A stretch of 63,959 nt of DNA, filler included, from Ionaspis alba (Eukaryota): assembly GCA_964255285.1 (NCBI GenBank). It is 12 parts of 12 records of this genome, joined end to end, with 100 filler letters (N's around TTAATTAATTAA, not from the genome) between each part and the next. Parts side by side here need not be neighbours in the genome. Positions count along the whole stretch, not along the records: positions 1 to 5,338 come from CAXUUL010001021.1; positions 5,439 to 10,733 come from CAXUUL010001023.1; positions 10,834 to 16,098 come from CAXUUL010001024.1; 9 more parts are not named here. One strand, written 5' to 3'. Every line of letters begins with the position of its first letter. Positions within the stretch are counted from its first letter, which is position 1. Shown here in pieces: positions 1 to 10,967 of the stretch. A program made the translations under genes and the position numbers. The notes under the pieces are model-generated. The model was not told where the DNA came from and made no database searches. It saw only the letters and a program-made list of their open reading frames with translations.

Positions 1-11
1 CCATAGCCATC

Positions 12-1060
12 ATGTCTAAGATAGCAAAGTAGGTGTTCTAAAGTCTCCCCCACTCCTACCTCTATTAACCTACTTCCCACCAGCCGACCCGACTGGGCGG
101 ACGATGAAGAATTCGATGACCCATCTTCGCTGCCCCCTCAAACAATCACCACCAACAAAGACGGCACCAAAACAATAGTATCCTACCGCTTCAACGAAGA
201 CGGCAAGCGAGTCAAAACCACCCGACGTGTCCGCACGACCGTGGTCCGTGAAACCGTAAACCCCCGCGTCGCCGAGCGGCGCACATGGGCAAAATTCGGC
301 AACGAGAAAGGACATCCCCCCGGACCGTCTTTCGATACTACTTCTGTGGGCGAGAACATCATTTTCAGACCTAGTGTGACGTGGAAGAAGGATGGCAAAG
401 AGGAGAAAAAGGATGGCGAAGCTGATAGTATGAGGGATAAGCTGAAGGATAAGAAGGTCAGGTGTCGAATTTGTGATGGCGAGCATTTCACTGCGAGGTG
501 TCCGTTCAAGGATACGATGGCGCCGGCAGGCGAGGAAGGAGCCGGAGGGGGAGCAGGTGGAGGGAGTGAGGATGGTGGCAAGGCTGAAGGTGGGCTTGGA
601 GCCGGTGGAAGCAGTTACGTACCGCCGCACTTGAGGAAAGGAGGGGCTGGTGCTGGGGCTGGGGAGAGGATGGGTGGCAAGTATGAGAGGGACGATCTGG
701 CTACTTTGCGGGTCACGAATGTGAGTCTTCGAGTTGCAAGAATGATTATTGAGGGCGGAGACTAATACCCCCCACAGGTCTCGGAATTTGCAGAGGAGCA
801 GGACTTGCGAGATATCTTCGAGCGATTCGGACGGGTCACGAGGGTCTTTTTGGCTAAGGATAGAGAGACGGGACGCGCTAAGGGCTTCGCGTTTATCAGC
901 TATCAGGATCGAAGTGATGCCGCCAAAGCGTGCGAGAAGATTGATGGATGTGAGTTCTTCCTAGTTTCTTAGAGTAGGTTGCTCAAACTTGCTGACATTC
1001 ATACCAGATGGTTATGGTCACTTGATCTTGCGTGTGGAATTTGCAAAACGGGCCACTTAG
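12..1060 (+). CDS. TIF35: Eukaryotic translation initiation factor 3 subunit G (eIF3g), 4 exons
   Basis: Exons 12-28, 84-720, 778-949 and 1008-1060 with GT-AG introns give [18 protein letters not shown]..., the zinc knuckle [15 protein letters not shown], and a C-terminal RRM (TLRVTNVSE...KGFAFISY...[16 protein letters not shown]). Confidence 0.96.
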
Positions 1061-1534
1061 ATACCTTTCATGTACATCGAAACGGCTTTATGGACCTGGC
1101 GTTATTGAAAGGACAAGGCCATTAGATGTAATGTGACTCAAGAGAAATCTGTTTTCAACGATCTCGGGTCAAGGATCTTATCCACTTTCCAATATTACTA
1201 TGTGATCTGCTTAAAGCTTCAAAATCGTGTAGTAAGATGTCCATTTTACCATCGTGAAATTAAGCATACATATGTATGCTTATTCCATAACCGTACAAGT
1301 AATCCAGCCCAGCAGAATGCTCCCACGGTGTAGAACCAATGTCCTTAGTATAGCTCTTAGGGTGCTTTTGGTTGCAGTTCTGGTCCACTCCAAGCGGTAG
1401 AGTTCTTGAATTGTAAGGTCTTAGGAACATGAGTACGAAGTCCGCCCTCGATAGCAAACCTGTCATGGCCTTGCTGATACTTCGATATTCGTTCCCATAA
1501 ACACAGCACTGATTGTAGAGCGGAAGGACAATTC

Positions 1535-2677
1535 TCACCCTCGAGAGACCACGGCTCCCAGCCCAACAACATTCAGCATAACTCGCCCAACGATTAGTTG
1601 TGCAAGAGAGCCTGCTCCAACGAGTGCACCGGCCGCGAGATAAGAGCATCCAAGTAGAATCCTCAGCGCTTCAAGATTTTGCAGTGCCACAGCCCAGCTC
1701 ACACCCCTTGCTACCTGACCACCCGCATCATCATACTTCCAAACCGCCATGAGTATGGGAAAGAGCTTCATGCAGGAAGACACGAATAGTGCAGTCGATA
1801 CAGCATTTGATCGAGAGCTAGTGCCAACACTTCCGTTAGTAGTGGAATACGCATTCCCACCTGGTGAGGTAGATGTGGCACCACTCCCATTGTTGCTAGA
1901 AGATACAGACGGAGTTGAAGGGCTTGCCATAGAGATTGTAGAGTTGAAGAAGCTTGTTGCTGCCAAGGATCTGATAGTAAGATGCTGGGCGAGCGATGTC
2001 AAGGTGCAGAGCATGAGATAGAATGCGTATTGCAAGAGTATTGGCAAATGCGGGATGGGGGAGGGAGAGGTCAGTTGGGTTTGAAGTGATTCGATGGATG
2101 ACCATGTCAGGTAGACATCGAAGAGAAGAAGTAGAACTCCAAGTCGGATGATCGAGGGCTGTTTGTGATTAGGACATTAATGTTTCCTTAAGACCGTATG
2201 ATAGCTTACGTCGAAATTGTCATCCTCGCGGCCCAGTCGATTGAAAAGAAGGTGCCTGTAAACCTGGAATGAGCTGACTGTCAGCTACTGATGGATCATG
2301 AGAAAACTACTACGGGCCATATCCGAGAGTGGATATAGATACATCGGTCCAATTATGCATACCTGAGGTTTTACCAGAACCAAGTCAATAAACAAGACCA
2401 CGAAATCATGCTCCACATATTTGTCCGCGAAGCGCTTGCATCGAGGACACTGCGTCAATCGCACATCTCCACCTCCACTAGCTCCTTTCCTCGACTCTCC
2501 GCCGCCTCTCGTTCCACCATTGACATTTGTATTGGAGGGCGGAGCAGGGGAGAGCTTCGAACTGGTGCCGGTACCAGAGGTTGCTCCTTGGGTGGGATTT
2601 CTGGGCTTGTGGGAACTGCTATGCAGGACGTGGTAGAGTTGAGGCACAGGATAACGGCACTCGATGCAGATGGGCAT
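1535..2677 (-). CDS. ARV1: ARV1-family ER membrane protein (sterol/GPI lipid homeostasis), 3 exons
   Basis: N-terminal CIEC...CPRCKRFADKYVEHDFVVLFIDLVLVKPQ is spliced to VYRHLLFN and then SIIRLGVLLLLFDVYLTW, which is the Arv1 homology domain. Hydrophobic TM segments follow to the TGA at 1535. Confidence 0.92.
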
Positions 2678-3369
2678 ACCGAGTGCTATGCATATCGATA
2701 CTCTTAATGTGATGTGTGGTAAACTCGCGCCGAAGCACTTGCACCTGAAGTATCTAATCGCAAATTGGAACTGAATCAGGCCGAGGCGAGGGTATCTAAA
2801 TCGTTGGGGGGTTACTCGTTAATTCAGCCTCCCCAAAAGCACTAGCGATAGCCCCCTGAAGCAACTAATGTTGGCATATCACAGAGGTCCTGATCCACCC
2901 GAACCTCAAATCGACGTTCCCCCACGCTCGCAAACATGCCGCCTAATTAAATCCGAAACAGCTGGCTAGTCAAGAACTCATCCCGCTAAGTCATGCTTAT
3001 GATAGCAGACAACTGGCGAAGGACAACGAACATATCGTAGGGCCACCAGGGATGTGAGCAGATAATAGCGACCATCATAATTTTCTGCATCCTTCATCAA
3101 CAGCAGGAATACGAGGTAGTACGAGGCAAGTAGTGGTACAATCAACGCCATATCGCAGCAAGACCAAGTCTCTGTCCACCTCTTTCCCCAGACGGGGAGG
3201 TGATTCCAGAAATGGTTGTACACAGGACGGTTAGCAGCAGCGCTGTATCCGATTCGATGACAGAGTCGTCGGTCCAGCTCAAACCTGTTGTTCATGTGTA
3301 CCGATCTTGTCTCTTCTTTTTGATAACGCCATCAATGCTGTCATCTACCTTTTTGCCAGTCTGGTCGTC

Positions 3370-5338
3370 ATGGATCCAGTCAGTGTGACAGCGAGTGCAA
3401 TTGCCATGCTACAGTTGACCTCTGAGATACTCAAGTGTACCTGGAAATACTACAAAGGCGTCAAGAATGCACCGGCGGATGTACAGCAGCTCCTTGAAGA
3501 GTTGACCTCATTTGGTAGTGTCCTCGAAAGTCTTAGGGACCTCGCACAGAAAGCGGAAAATGATGTCAAAGATACCTGCGTTTTGAACGATAGATCTAGG
3601 GTTGATCGGCAAGGGAATGATCACACAACGGGACATCAAATTTCCAACCTGCCTGTGAAGGATCTTGAGCAGTATTATCGCAGTCGTCTCCCCATGCTGA
3701 AGCAGATGCTGGATGTTGAATCACCGTTGGTCAAATGCTACCACCAGTTGGATAGTTTCAGGACGAGTCTTCTACAGGTAGAGCTGAAAAGTGGACGAAA
3801 GGCAATGAAATGGCCGTTCAAGGAAGACGAAGTATACAAGATCGTTGGTCGTCTTCGGACTCTTGGAAGTATTCTCAATACGGCTATTATCAGTGACAAT
3901 ACGTGAGTGCCCTATGTCTAGCATCTGTGGAGGAAGGCCAGGATGAAATCTTCCTTGCTAGTACGCAGGAGAGACTTCTTGATCTGGCAGTGCAGATAGA
4001 ACTGGCTAAGCAATCTTTAGAAGGTTGTCCATCAACATACAAGACAACATCGCCGTTTTGGCAGATCGATTTGACTCAGCGGTGATAGATGATAAGAAGA
4101 GTACGATCCTCCAGTGGCTCTCAGCTCCTGATCCTTCATCGAATTACAACGCCGCATGCAAGAAACGACTACTTCACACCGGCGACTGGCTTCTCAACAG
4201 CTCTTCCTATTTTCAGTGGAAAGCCAATCCTCGTTCCTTTCTCTGGCTACATGGTATACCAGGCTGTGGGAAGACAGTATTGAGCTCTACTGTTATTCAT
4301 GATCTTATGCAAAATAGGGGCGACATGATGGAATTTGCCATTGCGTACTTCTATTTCGATTTTCAGTCTCATGAGAAACAATCTTCAGAAAATCTCTGGC
4401 TTTCTTTAGTCCGACAATTGTCTTGTCATAATCCTGCAATATTCAACTTACTACGTGATCTCTACGATAGGTGTAGTCAAGGACAACAGCAGCCAACCTA
4501 CGATGATCTCATGGCGACATTACACAACATGGTACAAGTTGCTCCGAAGGCGTATATTATCATTGATGCACTCGACGAATGCATTCATAGGGACGATCTA
4601 TTGGAAGGCCTAGAGGAGATGTACAGCTGGGAGCTCGAGAACCTACACCTGTTAGTTGCTAGCCGGAAAGAAATCGACATCGAGGACTCTTTATCAACAC
4701 TAGTCACATCACAGATTGCTCTGCAAGACGCTGAAGCTAACGAGGACATTGATTCGTACATTCGGGGAAGATTAAAAACAGACACAAAATTGACAAAATG
4801 GTCCGCAGAGGTTCGGAAAGAAATCGAGCTTGCTCTGACCGAGGGTGCCAATGGAATGTGAGTGTATTTGTCCATTGATATAAGAATCGAAAGTGTGACT
4901 CCTATCGCGATCAGGTTCCGTTGGGTTGTCTGTCAATTTGACGAACTTCGGAAATGCCTGAAAGTGAGCGTCCTTCGGAAGTCACTTAGGACACTGCCAA
5001 AAACCTTGGACGAAACGTACGCCCGAATAATGTCCAGCATTCCTGAAGATTATGCCGAGGACGCCCGCCGCATTCTCCAGTGTCTGGTGTGTTCTTTGTT
5101 ACCGCTTCGGGTGGAAGAAGTGGCAGAAATCCTGGCAATCAATCTCGATGGTGAACCTTACTTTGACCGCGAGGAACTCTTACCAGAGCCCCGGAACATC
5201 CTCAGGATCTGTTCAGGATTGGTGTCGACAGCCACTACCCTAGGACGAGTCAATGGAGCCGACACAGCTATTGAAGAACTTCGATTGGCACATTTCTCAG
5301 TTAAGGAGTATTTGGTCTCTAGCCGTGCTACCAAGGTG
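3370..5338 (+). CDS. Fungal NLR-like STAND protein: helical HeLo-like/Fungal-STAND N-terminal domain + NACHT + winged helix; 3' truncated
   Basis: Starts MDPVSVTASAIAMLQL, a typical fungal NLR N-terminus, and includes MKWPFKEDEV. Walker A is GIPGCGKT and Walker B is IIIDALDE; GANGM|FRWVVCQ, LPKTLDETYARI and LAHFSVKEYL follow. Introns lie at about 3903-3961 and 4858-4914. The ORF runs into the spacer before any sensor repeats. Confidence 0.9.
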
Positions 5339-5438
5339 NNNNNNNNNNNNNNNNNNNNNNNNNNNNNNNNNNNNNNNNNNNNTTAATTAATTAANNNNNN
5401 NNNNNNNNNNNNNNNNNNNNNNNNNNNNNNNNNNNNNN
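5339..5438. other. Artificial contig spacer N44-TTAATTAATTAA-N44
   Basis: A six-frame-stop 12-mer flanked by Ns. Identical spacers occur at 10734-10833, 16099-16198, 21463-21562, 26820-26919, 32172-32271, 37523-37622, 42837-42936, 48143-48242, 53442-53541 and 58731-58830. Confidence 0.99.
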
Positions 5439-6817
5439 TAACTCGACATCATTCGCCTGATGGCGATTCTCTCTTCCCTCTTCGGCACCCTTCCGAAAGG
5501 ATTGCTGAGGGCCATTCTAACCCGAGCGGGATCCTTGAGCCCGTCTTCAATGGCATTGCGAATGTCGTCGACTGAAGCGTCATGATCATTTCTGACGTCT
5601 GTGATGTCGAGCAGAGGACTTCTCATGCCACTTGCGAAAAATCGGTTTGGAAACATAGAAGCAAAGGGTTGATCCAAATTGTTCGTATTCCTCTCCACAA
5701 GACCTACAATACAAGTAAGCCAAGTGACAGGGCATGGGACAAAAAAAGAGGATCGTACCATTGACAGACATGAAAGTCCCCGGCATTGGAATTTGATCCT
5801 TGAGTAGTACCTGTAGATCCTTACGGAATTTCTGGACCTTGAGGACGTTATGTGTGATGTGCAGATGACAGCCGCACAAGATAGCAAAATCTGCCTCTGC
5901 ATAGCCAGCTCCAAGTCCAGGGGTATCAACAAGAGGCCAAGCTTGCTTAGAGTCACAAGTTGTCCAGGGAGCTTTGAAGCTGCTGTTGCATTTGGGACAC
6001 ATAATGCTGACGGTCGACGGATCGTCTAGATTATTCCAGGAACGGCCTGTCCATGATTCAAAGCGGTGACGAGAACCCTCCGTTGGTTGGTATTCGAAAG
6101 ATACGTTGTCGATGGCGTTGACGGCAGCGTCCCAAGGGAAACCGGCAGTCCAGAAGCCCATCTTTCCGTACCTGAGGCAGTCTGCAAGGAAGCCACGAGG
6201 ATTGAGCATGTACGCATGCATCACCATGAGACAGTCTGCACGAGGCATTAGTAGGGTGGAGAGGACTCTCAGAAGTCGTACGTACCTAGTGGTGGCAAAT
6301 TGTCTCTCGTGAACTGCAGCGGAGTTGCCTGCTTGACTCTCTGGCTGTATTCAAAAGTGGAGACATCTGGCAATCGTAGAGGCCTCGCTTCGGGTTCGAG
6401 ACATCTGTTCCAGTAGATCTCGAACCGATAGACAGCTCTTGTCACATAGATGGCCCATCGCTTCTCCCTGATGCGAATCAGCATTTCCGTCCGCTGCTGC
6501 TCCGTCGCATTAGCAGGAACAAAGTCATCGTGGATCCCGAAGAGTCCGTCAGTGGAGCCGATATCCTCTCTGAGTTGACTGAAGGCTTCCAGCAACTTTA
6601 GGTGAGCAATACATTCGTCGACCGTTGGTTTGGTCGAGGAATTGTTGCCGCCCAACTTTAGTTTCGAGAAGGAGGCGGTGATATCTGGAGGAGGCACTTC
6701 ATAGCCTGGGGGAGAAACATCGCGAGAGCTTCCACTCGCAGGTTTCTGAAGGGAGTTTCTATGTTTCTCATCAGGCGTGGAGCCTGGCCGATACGACGGT
6801 AGGTTGTCTTCCTTCAT
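5439..6817 (-). CDS. Glycine-rich-domain-containing (GRDP/DUF1399-like) protein; 3' truncated
   Basis: Contains PTVDECIAHLKLLEAF, REKRWAIYVTRAVYRF, LPPL|DCLMVMHAYMLNPRGFLADCLRYG and IRRMMSS, motifs characteristic of fungal DUF1399 proteins. Two introns lie at about 6236-6284 and 5705-5758. Confidence 0.8.
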
Positions 6818-8669
6818 GGTGGCGACATCGACTTTGACAGTATCAAGGTGTTTCGAAAAGATAATTTAAATGCACAAGAATAGTGAAGAAGAATAATGAA
6901 TCAGGGTGATATATATTGTCTCGGTGAGGAGGGGAGCTTCATGAGCGATATCATTTGTTCTTGCCTCTGGATCTGCCCCGCCATGGCACATCGTACTCGC
7001 CTCTGGCGAGGCTGTACAGTAGGCTGAATCACAAACACGGATGATCTTGATTCTCCCACCACTCTCCCTGCCTTCAAGGCAGTCAATCCTCACGGGAATG
7101 CTTGCTTCTATGTAGTCTTCGATCGCTGATCACACCTCAACCTCGTTGCCAGGATTTTAGAAAAGTCGGATACTATTCCGTACACAAAGCCTAGTCCAAG
7201 GCTTCTTCTTCACAAATCCGAGTAAGCCCTTAGAGCCAGCGTTACACTCAATAACGAGCTATTCTGACATGATCATATGCTTGTGATGCGCGAAAATGCT
7301 TTGTCTGCGGGCACGCCAGTCTGACTCTCGTGGTGATGTTTTCTCATTCAATACAAAGAGTCGAGAAATTCCCTCAAGCTCTCAATTTTCGGCCCCGGAC
7401 CACCTCTTGTATAGATACTATGCCAAGGATGTCCCATAGCAATCTTTGGCTGACTGATGCCACAGCATGCTCTGTCCTTGTCTAGCAGCCGCGGTGTTCT
7501 CGAGCACCATGAAATAATTGGACAAAACGATTCGAAATTCTCGCCGAGAGACAAAATGATCAGCCGATGACAGCCCATCCAAGGTAGGTTAACGCCCTCC
7601 AATAACGTCGTCCAGGGGTCCCTGTTTTCATCTTCGGAGGTTTCGAATTCCGTCCCTGGGGTCTAAATCTTGAGGCTGCTAAAAGGATGCCGCTAGAACG
7701 ATTAGTGTTGTCTCTGAGGAAAGGTTCCTAAGCTCCGGTAGTCTTAGCGGGACCCTGCCCCTAAGCCTGCTCCTCAGTTGCCATTCCGTCGCCAATTTCC
7801 TGACCACCGCTTCCGACCTCACATCTACGACCGCAAGCTCCCACGAGTGCGATTCGGGTTTATAACCCTCCACCGTTTGCACGCTTTTGCAGCATTCAAA
7901 TACTTTCTTCAACAATGCATGGTGGTTGTAAGCGAAGGCAGCTCCTTCGAAGGATTTAGTTCCTATCTCGTCAAGACAAGCTGGGCCACGTGGTTGTGGC
8001 ACAGTCTACAGTAACGTACGAGTAATACGGATGCAATAGGCGAGATTATCCAGACTTCGGACTAGGATAACATTGTGTTCTAGTAAACTTCTCGCTGCTA
8101 TTCACTAGAGTATCGTCAAGATGAAATGTCTGGCTCGCATCTTGAATTTTGTTCGGTATGTATGGCCTCAGACCTATAGGGTCCGAGTAGTCGTCGGACC
8201 TTCTGAATTGATCTAACGATATGCAAGATGGGCCGGGGATTTCTTAAGGATGAATGCAGCTCGACTGCATCCGATTGCGCCATGATCGAAAAATCATGGC
8301 CACAAGATGAAATTGGAGGGATGCTCGAGAAATGTGTTCCCACATTGGGCATCTGATCCAAGCCATCCTCTTCTTTCAAGAGATCCTGTGACCTTGTGGC
8401 TGCATACCCACGGTTGTTGGTGGAGACGCCACTGAAAGTTCCGAGGCCTCCGTTTCTGGTGTAGTATATCAAGCTGAAAACTCGCCCCTCATTTCCTGTT
8501 GACGTGCAGTCAGCATTGCTCTATGCTATAGTGAGGACTTGTTTTCGTTTCCGTGCTCTTTGTCTGGTCTGCAAAGTGTTTTCGAATGTTGCAAACCTTT
8601 CAACAGAACCTTTCAACAGCACTGACCAGCCTTCGGATTTATAGACTATAAATTCACCCACCAGTTATC

Positions 8670-10097
8670 ATGGCCTCAGCGTGGAACATAGCACTGAAGC
8701 TCTTCAGTATAGGCTGGATCGGAGTCAATATCGTCACGGCAAGCCCCCATTACCACCGCGACCAGGACGTCCGTGGCTTTGCATCCAAAGACATCATTAC
8801 TCGGGACGTCTGCGTGATCGGTGGTGGTTCCACCGGAACATACGCGTCAATCCGGCTTCACGATTCGGGCAAGAGCGTGGTGATAGTCGAGAGCAAAGGC
8901 CGACTGGGCGGACATACAGAGACATACATAGATCCCGTTTCGCACATTCCCGTCGATATCGGTGTCCAAGTCTGGCATAACCTGACCATCGTCAAAGACT
9001 ACTTTGCCAGGCTCGGTGTTGATCTTGCTCCGGCGGATTTCGGCAACCCTACCAATCAATACACTGACTTCCGTACTGCCACCGTCGTCGGTGGTTATAC
9101 GCCTCCTAATCCACAAGCTGCCCTTGGAGCTTACGGCGCACAAATAGCTCGCTACCCATATGTCGAAGCAGGATTCAATCTACCTGACCCTGTTCCCGAA
9201 GACCTTCTCCTTCCCTTTGGAGATTTCGTCAAGAAATATCCCGCCATCAGTGACGCTGTTTCGTTGATCTTCAGCTTCGCCCAAGGTCTCGGCGACTTCC
9301 TTGCCCAACCAACCCTCTACGTATTTAAGAACTTCGGTCTTGACCTCCTCAGAAACCTCCAGACTGGCTTTCTGACGACCGCTAAACACGACAACAGCCT
9401 TCTCTACGAATCTGCTACCAAGGTCCTCGGTGCCGCGAATATTCTCTTCAACAGCAAAGTCCTCTACATGGACCGCGATGCCAAAGCAGCCTACCAGAGC
9501 ATCATCGTGCAAACCCCATCTGGCAAGAAGCTCATCCGCGCCAAGAAAATTCTCATGACCATCCCTCCCAAACTCGAAAACTTACACGGCTTTGACCTCG
9601 ACGTCGTAGAGCGCAACCTCTTCGCCCAATTCCAAAACTCAGCCTACTACACCGGTCTATTACGCGACACCTCCCTGCCTCCAACCATCTCGTTCACGAA
9701 CACTGCGGCCAACACTCCCTACAACCTCCCCGTTCTTCCCGGCGCCTATACGCTCGGTCCGACCGCAGCACCGGGTCTAACCAGCGTATTCTATGGCAGC
9801 CCGAGAGCGCTATCGGAAGAGCAGGTGAAAGCAGATATCATAGCGACGGTACACAAGTTGCAGAAGTCCAATGGGGTGGCGCAGACGGAGCCCACGTTTG
9901 CGGTGTTTTCATCGCACACGCCTTTTGAATTGACCGTCAAGGGGGAGGCGATTAAGGCTGGGTTTTATAGGAAGCTGTATGCGCTGCAGGGACGTAGAGG
10001 CATGTTTTATACTGGGGCTGCGTTCCACACGCATGATTCTTCGTTGCTGTGGCAGTTTACGGAGGCGTTGTTGCCGGCGATTTTGAAGGCTTTGTGA
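8670..10097 (+). CDS. Secreted FAD-dependent oxidoreductase (flavin amine oxidase superfamily, CpaO-like)
   Basis: Intronless 475-aa ORF with a hydrophobic signal peptide, the Rossmann motif DVCVIGGGSTG, GRLGGHTETY, and C-terminal FYTGAAFHTHDSSLLW. Confidence 0.85.
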   Translation: MASAWNIALKLFSIGWIGVNIVTASPHYHRDQDVRGFASKDIITRDVCVIGGGSTGTYASIRLHDSGKSVVIVESKGRLGGHTETYIDPVSHIPVDIGVQVWHNLTIVKDYFARLGVDLAPADFGNPTNQYTDFRTATVVGGYTPPNPQAALGAYGAQIARYPYVEAGFNLPDPVPEDLLLPFGDFVKKYPAISDAVSLIFSFAQGLGDFLAQPTLYVFKNFGLDLLRNLQTGFLTTAKHDNSLLYESATKVLGAANILFNSKVLYMDRDAKAAYQSIIVQTPSGKKLIRAKKILMTIPPKLENLHGFDLDVVERNLFAQFQNSAYYTGLLRDTSLPPTISFTNTAANTPYNLPVLPGAYTLGPTAAPGLTSVFYGSPRALSEEQVKADIIATVHKLQKSNGVAQTEPTFAVFSSHTPFELTVKGEAIKAGFYRKLYALQGRRGMFYTGAAFHTHDSSLLWQFTEALLPAILKAL

Positions 10098-10967
10098 AAA
10101 GGGCGTTTATGGTACAAGGCTTGAATTTGGGGGATAGGTACATTTGGATGTTCGGCTTGAACGGTATATACCTAAAAGAAAATAATTCATTCATTTTCAA
10201 CCGATATTCATACGAGTGTATGGGCAGGCGGAGCAGGGGAAGGTCGGGATATAATTGTTACTGCATTGCCATGAGAGGTGTGCCACCCGTTCTTCCCATC
10301 GCGCGGTAGGATCGCAGGGCTGTTTCGAAACACTCCTCATTGCTCCTTCTCTTCTCCCGAAATGTAGATGGAAGTGTGACGAATTCGCCTTGTAACTCCA
10401 GAATGTGGACATCCTAGTGGCTATGCCACGTGGGCATCTCACCTCGAACTGGCTATGACAAATTCCCAGCGTCAGCTTCAACTTCAGCTTCACGCGGGCA
10501 GATTACCAGGTCGCATGGCAGCGGATGACGACGGGCCAATGCCAGCCCTCAACATCGCCATCCGATCCTTTAGCCGGAAATCTTCTGCACTATTTGCTTG
10601 AGGACATTATATCGATCTTCATATCTGCAATCTCGGTGTACGAAATTGAGAAACTGTACGATATTCTGGATACTCAGGAGCAGAAGACCATTTGATTGTC
10701 AAATTTGTAAATGTTGCAACCAAGTCCACTTCTNNNNNNNNNNNNNNNNNNNNNNNNNNNNNNNNNNNNNNNNNNNNTTAATTAATTAANNNNNNNNNNN
10801 NNNNNNNNNNNNNNNNNNNNNNNNNNNNNNNNNCTTGACTTCTATACGTGATGATACTCAGATCCATGACATTAGATATATACATGTATGATCGTGAGGT
10901 TCCCGATGCGCCAATGCTATTTCAAAGATAACCAAAGCCGAATCTCATGAAATCAACGAACACGCTT

